Under the pieces are notes generated by a model. The model saw only the letters and a program-made list of their open reading frames with translations, had not been told where the DNA came from and searched no databases. From assembly GCA_945902075.1 (NCBI GenBank), contig CAMDMA010000003.1, positions 5,022 through 69,021 of the forward strand: 64,000 nt of DNA, written 5' to 3'. The translations under genes were made by a program, and so were the position numbers. Below are positions 1 through 9,032 of this stretch, piece by piece. This DNA comes from Candidatus Kuenenia stuttgartensis. GTDB taxonomy: Bacteria > Planctomycetota > Phycisphaerae > Phycisphaerales > SM1A02. The first letter of the stretch is position 1. The number at the start of each line of letters is the position of its first letter.

Positions 1-650
1 GTTCCTATTTTGTCCTGTTTCCGGCGTCCGCCGGGATCATCGATTTCCGAGAGAGCTTCGCGTCTGGGGCGGCGAATTGGCGCAATTCAAACGGTGCATC
101 GATCTTGAACTGGTCTGCGGCAGGGGGGCCGGGTGGAGCTTCTTTCGTCACGAGCCTGTTCAATCTAAGCGCAACGACTGTCGGAGGATTTCCGCCGACC
201 GTAATCCGGGCGGCACAAAGTTACGGCTCGTCTGACGGTGCCTATGTGGGCAACTGGATCGCGGCTGGAGTCACCGGCGTGACCTTTCAGTTCCGACACA
301 ATCTCTCCGAATCAATCTCGGTGACGGGGCGCTTTGCGACGCCCGTGAATACACCAGGGGCGTCGGTGGTTTCAGCGGTCGTGGTGGCGCCGAACACCTG
401 GACCATGATTTCCTTCGACCTTCGCGAGGGAAGCTCCGACATTGTCTCACTCGGAGGAGGAACATATGCAGGCATTTTCTCAAACATCGGAAACATGCAG
501 TTCGGCTTCAGCGTTCCTGGAGCGCTTGCGGGCCAAAATATTGACGCCAGCTTCGACTTGACCGAATTCGCGATAGTTCCCGCGCCGGGCTCTTTCGCTT
601 TCTTCGGTCTTGCGGCGGTCTGCGGTACGCGTGGCCGTCGGCGGCATTGA
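1..650 (+). CDS. PEP-CTERM-type sorting-signal protein; 5' end lies outside the window
   Basis: The frame of ORF 105..650 stays open back to nt 3 with no in-frame stop, so the gene starts upstream. The C-terminus IVPAPGSFAFFGLAAVCGTRGRRRH is a PEP-like motif, a hydrophobic helix and an Arg cluster. Confidence 0.6.
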   Translation, partial: SYFVLFPASAGIIDFRESFASGAANWRNSNGASILNWSAAGGPGGASFVTSLFNLSATTVGGFPPTVIRAAQSYGSSDGAYVGNWIAAGVTGVTFQFRHNLSESISVTGRFATPVNTPGASVVSAVVVAPNTWTMISFDLREGSSDIVSLGGGTYAGIFSNIGNMQFGFSVPGALAGQNIDASFDLTEFAIVPAPGSFAFFGLAAVCGTRGRRRH

Positions 651-666
651 ACGGTGTTGACCGGAA

Positions 667-711
667 ATTCGGGACACGGAGATTCGGGACACGGAAATTC
701 GGGACAGGCAA
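667..711 (+). repeat. 3 x 15-bp tandem repeat (ATTCGGGACACGGAG / ATTCGGGACACGGAA / ATTCGGGACAGGCAA) ending in motif copy a
   Basis: Read directly from the sequence. The units are iterations of the 5' half of the 20-nt intergenic motif. Confidence 0.9.
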
Positions 712-715
712 GTAT
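696..715 (+). repeat. 20-nt intergenic motif, copy a
   Basis: AATTCGGGACAGGCAAGTAT. It lies between the convergent PEP-CTERM gene and the Y1-transposase gene. Confidence 0.85.
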
Positions 716-919
716 TTTCACCACAGTTCCCGCTTGGGCACAACACATCGACGCGTTGTCAACGACGGAGAGCATCAGTTCCTTCGCAATTGAGCTTTGG
801 TCACACGTTGCGGTCCGAATGGAACGTCCAAAACGCGAAACAGCATCGCGGCCTGATCGCTCGCGAAGCATCGAGGGCGACGGTTGTTCAGTAGCCTATC
901 GAGGTCAACCCGCAAGGGT

Positions 920-2143
920 CTAAGCTGCAACGTGCGAGAGTATTCCCCGCCATAGCCATCGCCTTCCGCGTCGACAGGCTTCTCGTCTCATGGATTCTTC
1001 CGAGCCGTAGCAGGATCCCCGTGATGACGGGAAATTTTTTGCTGTTGATATGGAGGGCACCGTGACGCGTCGCAGTTGTGCCTCAAGCGACCGAACGCGA
1101 ATAGGGTTTGGCCGCTGATCTACTCCAAGATTGTTGAGAATTCCGTCAAAGAGAACTCGAAGCGGGTCGGGCTCCCAACGGGGAATCCAGCCAGGCTTGT
1201 CGGGCCTTTGCCGTCGACCGTTTCTGTCGAGTAAGGCTAAGTAGGACGCGAGCGACGGAATCTCGCAGCCAGTTGCGAGGCCGGCGCTCACCTTTCGCTC
1301 AGTGGTCCCGCGTGGAGTTTGGACCTGTTGAAACTCGGTCAGTGGGGATATGCGACAGGGAAAGGCGGGCTCCCATGCAAATCTCGAGATCTTCCGTGCC
1401 AATTCTTCGGGGCCGCGATCCGTGGACTGCAGCATTTTTTCCACCAAGTTGTAGAGCCGACGCCACTGCCGTGATGCCGACGTCCATCGACTAGAGGAGA
1501 TTGAGGAAGCCACGCAAGCATGCACCTCGTTCAGTTCGACATACTGGGCGACTTGCAGAAGGCCTTGCATGTCGAGAACTTTAGGTGATTTGAACCGACC
1601 CTCCCAAAAGTGTCCCGTCACGTGTTCTTCTCGATTCCATGCGCGCGCACATGGTTCTTTGAGAAGGCGGTGAAATAGCCCAAGTGTGGAAAGCTCTCGT
1701 CGCGCACGACTGAGACGCGGCCGATCAAGCAGCATGCTTTCAATCTCGGTTTCTGACGGTTCCGCATCGCGAGGAACGCCGTGTTTTTTTCGCCAACGCT
1801 GGTTTGGAAGCAGAGCGGTCCTGCGCATCGCAACTTCACGATCAGTCCAACGAGCGACAATCTCAGGCCGAGTAGTGAGCAGTAAGTGGATGTGATTTCG
1901 CATGATCGCAAATGAGACAACATCGATAGCCATGAATTCCGAAAGAAACGCGAGGCGTGAGACAATCCACGCCCGCCGCTTCGGATCGTCGAGTAAGGAC
2001 GTCCGTCGGACACAGCGTGAAATGCAGTGGTAGGTGCCGGGGCTGTCGGCATCCACGATGTCGCATCGTCGTGTAGTCACACGCTGAACATAATCCCGGC
2101 GGCGAGCACTTCGCACCGTCAGACGAATCTCCCGCCATATCAT
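920..2143 (-). CDS. IS200/IS605-superfamily Y1 (HUH) transposase-like protein, RAYT-like, with a long C-terminal extension
   Basis: 407-aa ORF. It has GTYHCISRCVRR, the HUH motif in RNHIHLLL, GHFWEGRFKS, and the catalytic-Tyr region QYVELNEVHA (compare YIHxNPV). This layout is typical of COG1943/REP-associated tyrosine transposases. Only the first ~220 aa resemble that fold. Confidence 0.6.
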   Translation of the reverse strand: MIWREIRLTVRSARRRDYVQRVTTRRCDIVDADSPGTYHCISRCVRRTSLLDDPKRRAWIVSRLAFLSEFMAIDVVSFAIMRNHIHLLLTTRPEIVARWTDREVAMRRTALLPNQRWRKKHGVPRDAEPSETEIESMLLDRPRLSRARRELSTLGLFHRLLKEPCARAWNREEHVTGHFWEGRFKSPKVLDMQGLLQVAQYVELNEVHACVASSISSSRWTSASRQWRRLYNLVEKMLQSTDRGPEELARKISRFAWEPAFPCRISPLTEFQQVQTPRGTTERKVSAGLATGCEIPSLASYLALLDRNGRRQRPDKPGWIPRWEPDPLRVLFDGILNNLGVDQRPNPIRVRSLEAQLRRVTVPSISTAKNFPSSRGSCYGSEESMRREACRRGRRWLWRGILSHVAA

Positions 2144-2207
2144 TCGAAATTGCTCATCTCAGTCGCGCGCCGCAATCAAAAATCAGATTTCGGAAAATTA
2201 AGGGGAA

Positions 2208-2227
2208 AATCAAGGACAGGCAAGCAT
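2208..2227 (+). repeat. 20-nt intergenic motif, copy b
   Basis: AATCAAGGACAGGCAAGCAT. It is preceded by AATCAAA, AATCAGA and AAATTAAGG half-site-like iterations and sits 33 bp upstream of the ATG at 2260. Confidence 0.85.
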
Positions 2228-2259
2228 CACTTGATTACCGCTACCCTCTGAGCCGATCT

Positions 2260-3741
2260 ATGCCCCCTCGAGAAACTCCTGCTTCCCGCATCGAACGGCT
2301 CCTTGCGGCGGGGGATCTCCATGGCGCGCTTCAGGCGGCCAATGAGTTGCTCGCACAATCGCCAAACAGCTTTCTCGGCCGCTTCGGACGGGCGCGAGCC
2401 AACTTGCGGCTTGGCGACGATCTCGAGGGAGTACGGGATCTCGACATCGCTGCGTCACTTGCGCCAAACGACGACCACCTTCGCTTCGTTCGCGCGAGAA
2501 TCGACTTTCGCAACGGTAAGACAGATGAGGCGATCGAGGTACTGAGTTCAGTTGTGCGAAGGCGCGGACCGCACGCCCTCGAAGCGTCATTCGCATTACT
2601 TGATGCCTATTTTTACGCGAATCGCGCAGAATCGCTAGCTGCGATGGTTGAAGCGGGTGGGCTCTGGGACAAAGACCCGCGCACCGCATTGCATGTTGCG
2701 CGCGTCCGTGCCATGAAAGATCGTGACGCGGGTATCGATGCACTGTTGTCGGTCTATCGCAGTGCACTTCCGGTCGCTGTGCGCCGGTTTGCGGGATTCG
2801 AAGCAGCCGGGTTGCTCGACAAGGCAGCCCGGTATCGCGAGGCATTTGATTTGATCTCAAATCTTCACGCGACGACGAGTGGTCCGATTGAGATTGAATC
2901 TTGGACGGCGCCACTTGCGGCGCAGGAAAGGGCGATCGAGAAGATCGCTGATAAGGTCAATGTCGGTTTGAAGCCACGCGGTGACTGTCAGCACGGGGTG
3001 GCCTTTGTTGTCGCACTTCCGCGTTCAGGCACAACACTGCTTGAGCACATGCTCGATCGGCATCCACAAATCGGCGGTATTGGCGAGTTTCGTGGACTGA
3101 ACACGATACAACACGCGCTCTCGTCCGCCGATGCATGGCCGTTTCGAGGAAACGCGGTTCCAAACTCCATCATTGACAGGCTTCGAAGTGGCTACATCTC
3201 CTCCGCGCGTCAGATCTGTAAGGACGGTGCCTCGTGGACTTTTGATAAGAGTTTGATGGCATGGCGGATGCTCCCGGAAATCTCCGTCTGTTTTCCCAGT
3301 GCGGTCTGTCTCGCAATCGACCGCGATCCACGGGACAACGCGACGAGCATCTTTCTCTCACATCTCAATCCCGCGACCCATCGATGGGTCGGCAGTTTTT
3401 CGGCAATCCGAGAAATCGTGTCGTGGCAGCGCAGGATTGTGCCTCGGACACTTGAGATCCTCGGCATTTCGCATGAGTCAATCATGTACGAAGACCTGAT
3501 TGAAGACCCCGCGAGGCATGCCACGCGTTGTCTTGCGCGTATGGGACTTCCTATGGACTCGCGCGTGCTATCGCCAGAGTCGTCGGAGAAGACGGCTGCC
3601 ACTCTCTCGCATGCACAGGTTCGACAGCCGATCAATCGGTCGTCGATCGGCCGGTGGAAGAACTATGCGTGGGCCTTCGATGGATCCTGGGACGAGCTCA
3701 CATCCGCGCATGAGGCAAGACTAGCCCTCAGTCGGGAGTGA
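2260..3741 (+). CDS. TPR-repeat / sulfotransferase-family protein
   Basis: 493 aa. The N-terminal half has TPR-like helical repeats. The C-terminal half carries the PAPS-binding 5'-PSB-like motif ALPRSGTTLLEHMLDRHPQI. Confidence 0.7.
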   Translation: MPPRETPASRIERLLAAGDLHGALQAANELLAQSPNSFLGRFGRARANLRLGDDLEGVRDLDIAASLAPNDDHLRFVRARIDFRNGKTDEAIEVLSSVVRRRGPHALEASFALLDAYFYANRAESLAAMVEAGGLWDKDPRTALHVARVRAMKDRDAGIDALLSVYRSALPVAVRRFAGFEAAGLLDKAARYREAFDLISNLHATTSGPIEIESWTAPLAAQERAIEKIADKVNVGLKPRGDCQHGVAFVVALPRSGTTLLEHMLDRHPQIGGIGEFRGLNTIQHALSSADAWPFRGNAVPNSIIDRLRSGYISSARQICKDGASWTFDKSLMAWRMLPEISVCFPSAVCLAIDRDPRDNATSIFLSHLNPATHRWVGSFSAIREIVSWQRRIVPRTLEILGISHESIMYEDLIEDPARHATRCLARMGLPMDSRVLSPESSEKTAATLSHAQVRQPINRSSIGRWKNYAWAFDGSWDELTSAHEARLALSRE

Positions 3742-3751
3742 GTTTGCAGTC

Positions 3752-3771
3752 AATCCGGGACAGGCATGCTT
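3752..3771 (+). repeat. 20-nt intergenic motif, copy c
   Basis: AATCCGGGACAGGCATGCTT, upstream of the ABC importer operon. Confidence 0.85.
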
Positions 3772-3871
3772 TGCGAACCGTCGTCCCGCCACGATTCACC
3801 TTGATCACGAACTCCAACCCAAAGCGGGTTTGGAACCCGCCGCATGGAAATGGGTTAACCTCCCTAGCCAA

Positions 3872-5986
3872 ATGCTGCATTCGCTGAGCCGACTCTTTCT
3901 AGGCATCATTCTGATCGTGCTCGCGGCAACTGCGCTCGTGTTAACCGATCGATCGGGGCTCGTGCGTTCCGCGCAACCAGGCGCCAGTGGCCCATCGCCT
4001 CGACGCATTGCTGTCATCCAAGTCTCATCTATCGACGCGTTAACAGAGGGACGGGTTAGCGCGATCGATCACCTAGCGAAGGCGGGGTACACAGCAGAAC
4101 TCGGATCCACGATCGACCTCTTTAATGCCGAGGGCGACATGGGCACACTGAATCAGATTTCGGCACAGGTCGCGGGTTCGGCCACGCCTTACGACCTTGT
4201 CATCACGCTTTCAACTCCTGCGACGCAGACTTTTCTCCGTGCCAACAAGCGCGCTATCCCACACGTGTTCGGTCTCGTCGCGTTCCCTCCTGCGATCGGT
4301 ATCCCCTTTGGTCCCTGGGTAGAGGGCTCTTCGCGACCGCAGCAGGTCGCGGGCTTCGGCACCATGCAACCGGTGCAACTCCTCTTCGAGTCGATGCTGG
4401 ATTGTGACCCGACGATCAAACGCGTAGGCGCCGTTTGGAATCCGGCTGAGCCTAATGCTGAAGCCTCGGTGAAGCTCGGCCGGGAAGTGTGCGCAAAACT
4501 CGGACTCGAACTTGTTGATGCGAATGGTGGCAATGTCAATGATGTCGTCTCTGCAGCAGATGTCGTGCTTTCCCGCGGAATCGACTGCTATTGGATTCTC
4601 GCGGATACCAACGTCATCGCGGCGGCGAAGCCTCTGATTGAGCGCTGTCGCAAGGCAGGCGTGCCTGTTGTGACAAACTTTCCACCGATGGCTGAGTTGG
4701 GTGCCGCGATCAACTTCGGCGCCGATTACAGCGCCATGGGAACTGCAACAGGCGCAACTGCCGAACTCGTTCTCGCAGGAATGCTCCCCCGCGAAATCCC
4801 ATGCGAGAATTTCGTCCCGGTGGCACTTCGCCTCAACACGGAGGGATTCGGTTCCAATTGGGCGCGTCCCTCCGCGCTGATCGCAAAAGCTGAGCGCGTC
4901 TATGGCGCTGACGGCAGGATTGCCGAGCAAGTCGTTGCAAAGGCGCTCATGCCGCCGAGTGTTGCTCAACTCATCGCGGCGCGGCAATCTTCATCGCCGC
5001 GTGGAACTCCTCGTGTCCCGGAGATCGCCGTGCTCACCTACAACCGCACACCGAACTTCGAAGAGGCCTATGCAGGCTTCCTTACCGAACTCACCCGACT
5101 CGGGTACGAGGATGGGCGAAATATCCGCATACGTCTCCGCGACGCGCAACTTGATGCTGGCACTCTCAACACAATCGTGGCTGCTATCGCGAGCGAGCGG
5201 CCTGATGTCGTGGTGCCGTTCACCACACCGGCGCTACAAGCGACCGCACGTCGCATCAAAGACATTCCTATCGTCTTCTCGCTCGTCGCATCGGCATCGG
5301 CAGCTGGTGCCGGTAAATCAAATACGGATCACGAACCGAACATCACGGGCGTGCAGACAACGCTCGATGGACCCGGCATGATTCGGGTCGTGCATGCGGT
5401 GCTGCCTCATTTGCGTCGTGCGGGCACGGTCTTCGCGCCAAGTGAGGCAAACAGTGTTTTCTTCCGCGATCGCTTTACCGGTTTACTGAAGGATGTCGGT
5501 ATCGAATTGGTCGCGGCGGGCGCGGATCGAGTGACGGAGCTTCCAGAGGCGGCTGACAGTCTTGGAGCGAAGGGTGTCACAGCGATTCTGCAGATCGCAG
5601 ACAACGCATCCGCAACGGGCTTCCCGACCATCGTCCGAAGCGCGGATCGCGCCAATCTTCCAGTTTTTGCCTTCACTCCAGGTGCGATGAAGTCGGGGGC
5701 CACTCTCGCGGTTGCGCTTGATTATGCCGACCTCGGCGCGCTCAGTGCCGGATTACTCGATCGTGTGCTCCGCGGTGAGTCAACAGCGACGATTCCGTTC
5801 ATCGATCCGAAGGACTCAATCCTCTGGGTGAATCCTGCGCGCATGAAGCGTTTTGGACTCACGATGCCAGAGGCGATGCTGAAAACTGCACGAATTACCG
5901 ATGCGGATGGAAACTGGTCGCCGCCCACGCCTGACGATGAGGTACGTCCGGCAGCGCGAATGGCTGAAAAAGAGGCGATGCCATGA
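3872..5986 (+). CDS. ABC transporter substrate-binding protein with a tandemly duplicated ABC_sub_bind (PF04392-like) domain
   Basis: The ORF opens at TTG 3830, but ATG 3872 directly precedes a TM/signal helix (LFLGIILIVLAATALVL). Two homologous halves are visible: IAVIQ..GY..DLVITLSTPATQ..IPHVFGLVA and IAVLT..GY..DVVVPFTTPALQ..IPIVFSLVA. Confidence 0.7.
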   Translation: MLHSLSRLFLGIILIVLAATALVLTDRSGLVRSAQPGASGPSPRRIAVIQVSSIDALTEGRVSAIDHLAKAGYTAELGSTIDLFNAEGDMGTLNQISAQVAGSATPYDLVITLSTPATQTFLRANKRAIPHVFGLVAFPPAIGIPFGPWVEGSSRPQQVAGFGTMQPVQLLFESMLDCDPTIKRVGAVWNPAEPNAEASVKLGREVCAKLGLELVDANGGNVNDVVSAADVVLSRGIDCYWILADTNVIAAAKPLIERCRKAGVPVVTNFPPMAELGAAINFGADYSAMGTATGATAELVLAGMLPREIPCENFVPVALRLNTEGFGSNWARPSALIAKAERVYGADGRIAEQVVAKALMPPSVAQLIAARQSSSPRGTPRVPEIAVLTYNRTPNFEEAYAGFLTELTRLGYEDGRNIRIRLRDAQLDAGTLNTIVAAIASERPDVVVPFTTPALQATARRIKDIPIVFSLVASASAAGAGKSNTDHEPNITGVQTTLDGPGMIRVVHAVLPHLRRAGTVFAPSEANSVFFRDRFTGLLKDVGIELVAAGADRVTELPEAADSLGAKGVTAILQIADNASATGFPTIVRSADRANLPVFAFTPGAMKSGATLAVALDYADLGALSAGLLDRVLRGESTATIPFIDPKDSILWVNPARMKRFGLTMPEAMLKTARITDADGNWSPPTPDDEVRPAARMAEKEAMP

Positions 5987-6067
5987 TTCGTGATTTCATG
6001 ATTCATGATGTCATGATTCGTGCGGTCCTCATTCATGCGGTCCTCATTCATGCGGTCCTCATTCATG
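5986..6067 (+). repeat. 15-bp periodic array, about 5.5 units, in the spacer between the SBP and STAS genes
   Basis: Units are ATTCGTGATTTCATG, ATTCATGATGTCATG, ATTCGTGCGGTCCTC, ATTCATGCGGTCCTC, ATTCATGCGGTCCTC and ATTCATG. The array starts at the last base of the SBP stop codon. Confidence 0.9.
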
Positions 6068-6119
6068 TTGGAACGAACGCCACAGGTCATCTCAGCTCCT
6101 ACGTCCCGAGTGCCGCGCT

Positions 6120-7289
6120 ATGAACATCGAAAGAACCATGACCGCCAGCGGCGTCAATCTTGCGTTTGTTGGTCGTCTCGATGCAGCATGGTCTGAGCCA
6201 GCAGCGCGCGCGCTTGAAGAGGCGATTCGCTCTGGCCGCTCGCGCATAGACCTTGATTTATCACAGGTCGACTTCATTTCGTCCGTTGGTATTGGGGTTC
6301 TGCTGCAAGCAATGACCCGATTTCGGAAAGTGGGCGGTGCGCTGACAGTCACCGCCTCAAGCACAGGTGTGCGCGAGATGCTGCGAGTGGCCAAACTCGA
6401 GTCGCTGCTTGTGGCCCCGTTATCCAAGCCGACAGAGGCCGGGAGCAGCACGTTGATCGGAAGCGGGTGGACGGGAGAGATTCGGTCGATTTCCAACTCG
6501 AAGCAAAGTCGGTCAGCTCGTGTCATAGACGAGGGCTTGCTGCGAGTGACGCCGAATCTTGTCGCCCTCGGACACCTCGCGCTCGCGGGTGATATCACCT
6601 CGGCACGCGGGCTCTTCGGCGAGGGACTCGTCGCAGGCGGCACCGTTGTGGTCTCGCCCGCGGAGGCGCCACGCCCCGACTATCTCGCCTCAAGCGACGC
6701 GGGGAGTGTCTCATGTATCGCGCGTGATGCACTCGTCGTCGATGCGCCGCCCGATCTCCGGGGACACTTTGAGTGGAATGAGCGCGAGCCGATCATGGTG
6801 CATGATCTTGCGGGAGCACTCGTCGAGGCGGCCGATGCGCCGATTTGCTTCGTCGCGATCGGCGAGTGCGCCGGAGCATTCGGTGCATGGGCGCGCACAT
6901 CCCCCGATTGCTGGCCGCGTCCGCTCACGGCGATGTCCGATGATGAGCTCCGCATGTCACTGCGCTTCGCGGGCGAACCTATGCATATTGGTGATTCTGT
7001 CGTTGCCGTAGGATTTGCGGCGAATGATGCCACGATGGTCGGACTTTCGTCAGCAGTAGCCGACCGGCTCGTGACTGTTGGCAAAGTACGTCTCCACGCG
7101 CACGTCGCAGTGACCTCATATCGCCCCGTCCCTCGATCGACTACGGACATCGGAACCGCGGGAGTACTACTTTCTGAGCAGCCGCTGCGCGTCGTAATGC
7201 ATGCTCTGCGCGCGCAGGGAAATATGGAGACTGCGTTCCGTCGAGGAACGGTGTGGGCGATTGCTCTTAGCGAAGGAGTTCGTCGATGA
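6120..7289 (+). CDS. STAS-domain protein with an uncharacterised ~280-aa C-terminal domain
   Basis: The N-terminal ~100 aa (RLDAAWSEPAARALEEAI..IDLDLSQVDFISSVGIGVLLQA..GGALTV..REMLRVAKL) fit the anti-sigma antagonist/STAS fold. The stop overlaps the permease start (ATGA at 7286-7289). Confidence 0.6.
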   Translation: MNIERTMTASGVNLAFVGRLDAAWSEPAARALEEAIRSGRSRIDLDLSQVDFISSVGIGVLLQAMTRFRKVGGALTVTASSTGVREMLRVAKLESLLVAPLSKPTEAGSSTLIGSGWTGEIRSISNSKQSRSARVIDEGLLRVTPNLVALGHLALAGDITSARGLFGEGLVAGGTVVVSPAEAPRPDYLASSDAGSVSCIARDALVVDAPPDLRGHFEWNEREPIMVHDLAGALVEAADAPICFVAIGECAGAFGAWARTSPDCWPRPLTAMSDDELRMSLRFAGEPMHIGDSVVAVGFAANDATMVGLSSAVADRLVTVGKVRLHAHVAVTSYRPVPRSTTDIGTAGVLLSEQPLRVVMHALRAQGNMETAFRRGTVWAIALSEGVRR

Positions 7290-8224
7290 GCCTGCTTTTC
7301 GCGACACTGGCGGTTGGTCTTGTTTTTGCGATCCTTGCGCTTGGCGTCTATTTATCGTTTCGCGTCTATCAGATCCCGGACATGACAGCCGACGGTTCAT
7401 TTCCTCTCGGTGCTGCGATCACTGCACGGCTGCTGAAGGATGGAGCCGACCCGATCTCCGCAACCGCGGCAGGTATCGCGGGTGGTGCGCTCGCGGGCGC
7501 GATCACGGGCTTTATTCATGTTCGTTTTAAGGTCAACGCGATTCTTGCCGGCATCCTCGTGATGACCGCGCTTTACTCGGTGAATCTTCGTGTGATGGGC
7601 GCCAGCAATCTGCCAATCACGGCAACGACGCTCTTTTCACCGCTGGAAGACGCCGCATGCCGATTCTTTGGTGAGGAGACCGAGATCCTTGGCCGCTCGG
7701 TACCAAGCGGTGATCTCGGGCTGCTGTTTGGTTGCGTCACGCTCGCTGGTCTTACCGCGTGCGTGCTCATTTTCTTTCTCAAGACTGAGCTGGGCGCAGC
7801 CATGCGCGCAACCGGCGACAACGCGCGCATGCTCCGCGCTCTTGGAACCAGCACGGATCGAATGCTCGTCGTGGGACTAGCACTTTCGAACGCACTCGTC
7901 GCGTTTGCGGGTTCACTCTTCGCGCAAATGCAGACTTTCGCCGATGCGCAGATGGGTATCGGTGTCATCGTCCTCGGCCTTGCGAGCGTGATCCTCGGAC
8001 AGACGCTCGTCGGCCCAGTGCGTTCGATTGGTCTGGTGGTCATCGGAGCGTTGATGGGCGCGGTCCTCTTTCGACTGCTCGTTGCAATCGCTATTCGCAT
8101 GGGACTTGATGCCAATGATCTGAAGCTTGTGACTGCGGTCGTCGTCCTCGCCGCCATCGTTGCGCCGGGTTGGATCAAGAATCTCGGCACGCGACGCGGG
8201 AGGGGTGCGCATGCTGCGGCTTGA
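7286..8224 (+). CDS. ABC transporter permease (BPD_transp_2 type, partner of PF04392 binding proteins)
   Basis: 312 aa, polytopic and Gly/Ala/Leu-rich. It is translationally coupled to both the upstream and the downstream gene. Confidence 0.8.
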   Translation: MSLLFATLAVGLVFAILALGVYLSFRVYQIPDMTADGSFPLGAAITARLLKDGADPISATAAGIAGGALAGAITGFIHVRFKVNAILAGILVMTALYSVNLRVMGASNLPITATTLFSPLEDAACRFFGEETEILGRSVPSGDLGLLFGCVTLAGLTACVLIFFLKTELGAAMRATGDNARMLRALGTSTDRMLVVGLALSNALVAFAGSLFAQMQTFADAQMGIGVIVLGLASVILGQTLVGPVRSIGLVVIGALMGAVLFRLLVAIAIRMGLDANDLKLVTAVVVLAAIVAPGWIKNLGTRRGRGAHAAA

Positions 8225-9023
8225 ATCAGTTCGGAAAACATTCAACCCTGGCACCGCGAATGAGGTCCGCGCGCTAGCGGGACTTGACCTCAACCTTGCA
8301 CCAGGCTCGTTCACGGTCGTGATCGGGACGAACGGTTCGGGTAAGAGCACTCTTCAAGGAGCGATCTCCGGGGTCTTCGCGATCGATGCAGGGCGTATTG
8401 AAGTCGATGGGATCGATGTCACGTCGTGGCCCGAGTTCCGTCGATCGCACCTCATTGGGCGGGTGTTCCAAGACCCCTTCGCGGGAACGGCACCCGAACT
8501 CACCGTCGCGGAGAATCTTGCGCTCGCCTCCAAGCGTGGGCACTGGCGTACGCTTGCCCCGCTGCTTCGGGGTGCGAGGCGTGGCGAATGGCGCGATTTG
8601 TTGGCGCAGATTGGTCTGGGTCTTGAGAACCGACTCGATGACCCTATTGGACTCTTGTCGGGCGGGCAGCGTCAATCAATCACGCTGCTAATGGCGACAC
8701 TCACGAATCCAAAGATTCTGATGCTCGACGAGCACACCGCCGCGCTGGATCCGAGGAGTGCCGAGTTGGTGATCGGACTCACAACCCGTCTGGTCGCACG
8801 ATCGAGTTCAACAACATTGATGGTGACTCACTCGATGCAGCAGGCAGCGTCGCTCGGTGATCGGTTGATCGCCATGCACCGGGGGCGGATTTACCTCGAC
8901 GTTTCTGGCAGCGAGAAGCGCAAACTGACGGAGAACGAACTATTTGGCATGTTCAGCCATATGCGTCGAGATGACCGATTTGACGAGGCTGCCTGCGAGC
9001 TTGTGCGGAGCCAGTATCTGTAG
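8211..9023 (+). CDS. ABC transporter ATP-binding protein
   Basis: Walker A GTNGSGKST, signature LSGGQRQ and Walker B LMLDEHTAALD. ATG 8211 (MLRLESVRKTF) overlaps the permease stop. The longer ORF from 8160 is probably a 5' over-extension. Confidence 0.85.
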   Translation: MLRLESVRKTFNPGTANEVRALAGLDLNLAPGSFTVVIGTNGSGKSTLQGAISGVFAIDAGRIEVDGIDVTSWPEFRRSHLIGRVFQDPFAGTAPELTVAENLALASKRGHWRTLAPLLRGARRGEWRDLLAQIGLGLENRLDDPIGLLSGGQRQSITLLMATLTNPKILMLDEHTAALDPRSAELVIGLTTRLVARSSSTTLMVTHSMQQAASLGDRLIAMHRGRIYLDVSGSEKRKLTENELFGMFSHMRRDDRFDEAACELVRSQYL

Positions 9024-9032
9024 GCAGTAGGC

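Noticed and set aside
5986-6067. CRISPR array as an explanation for this array and the other short arrays (667-711, 9348-9383, 51071-51125, 55773-55860)
   Set aside because: The units are contiguous 12-18-bp tandem repeats with no unique spacers between them. No cas genes are present in the window.
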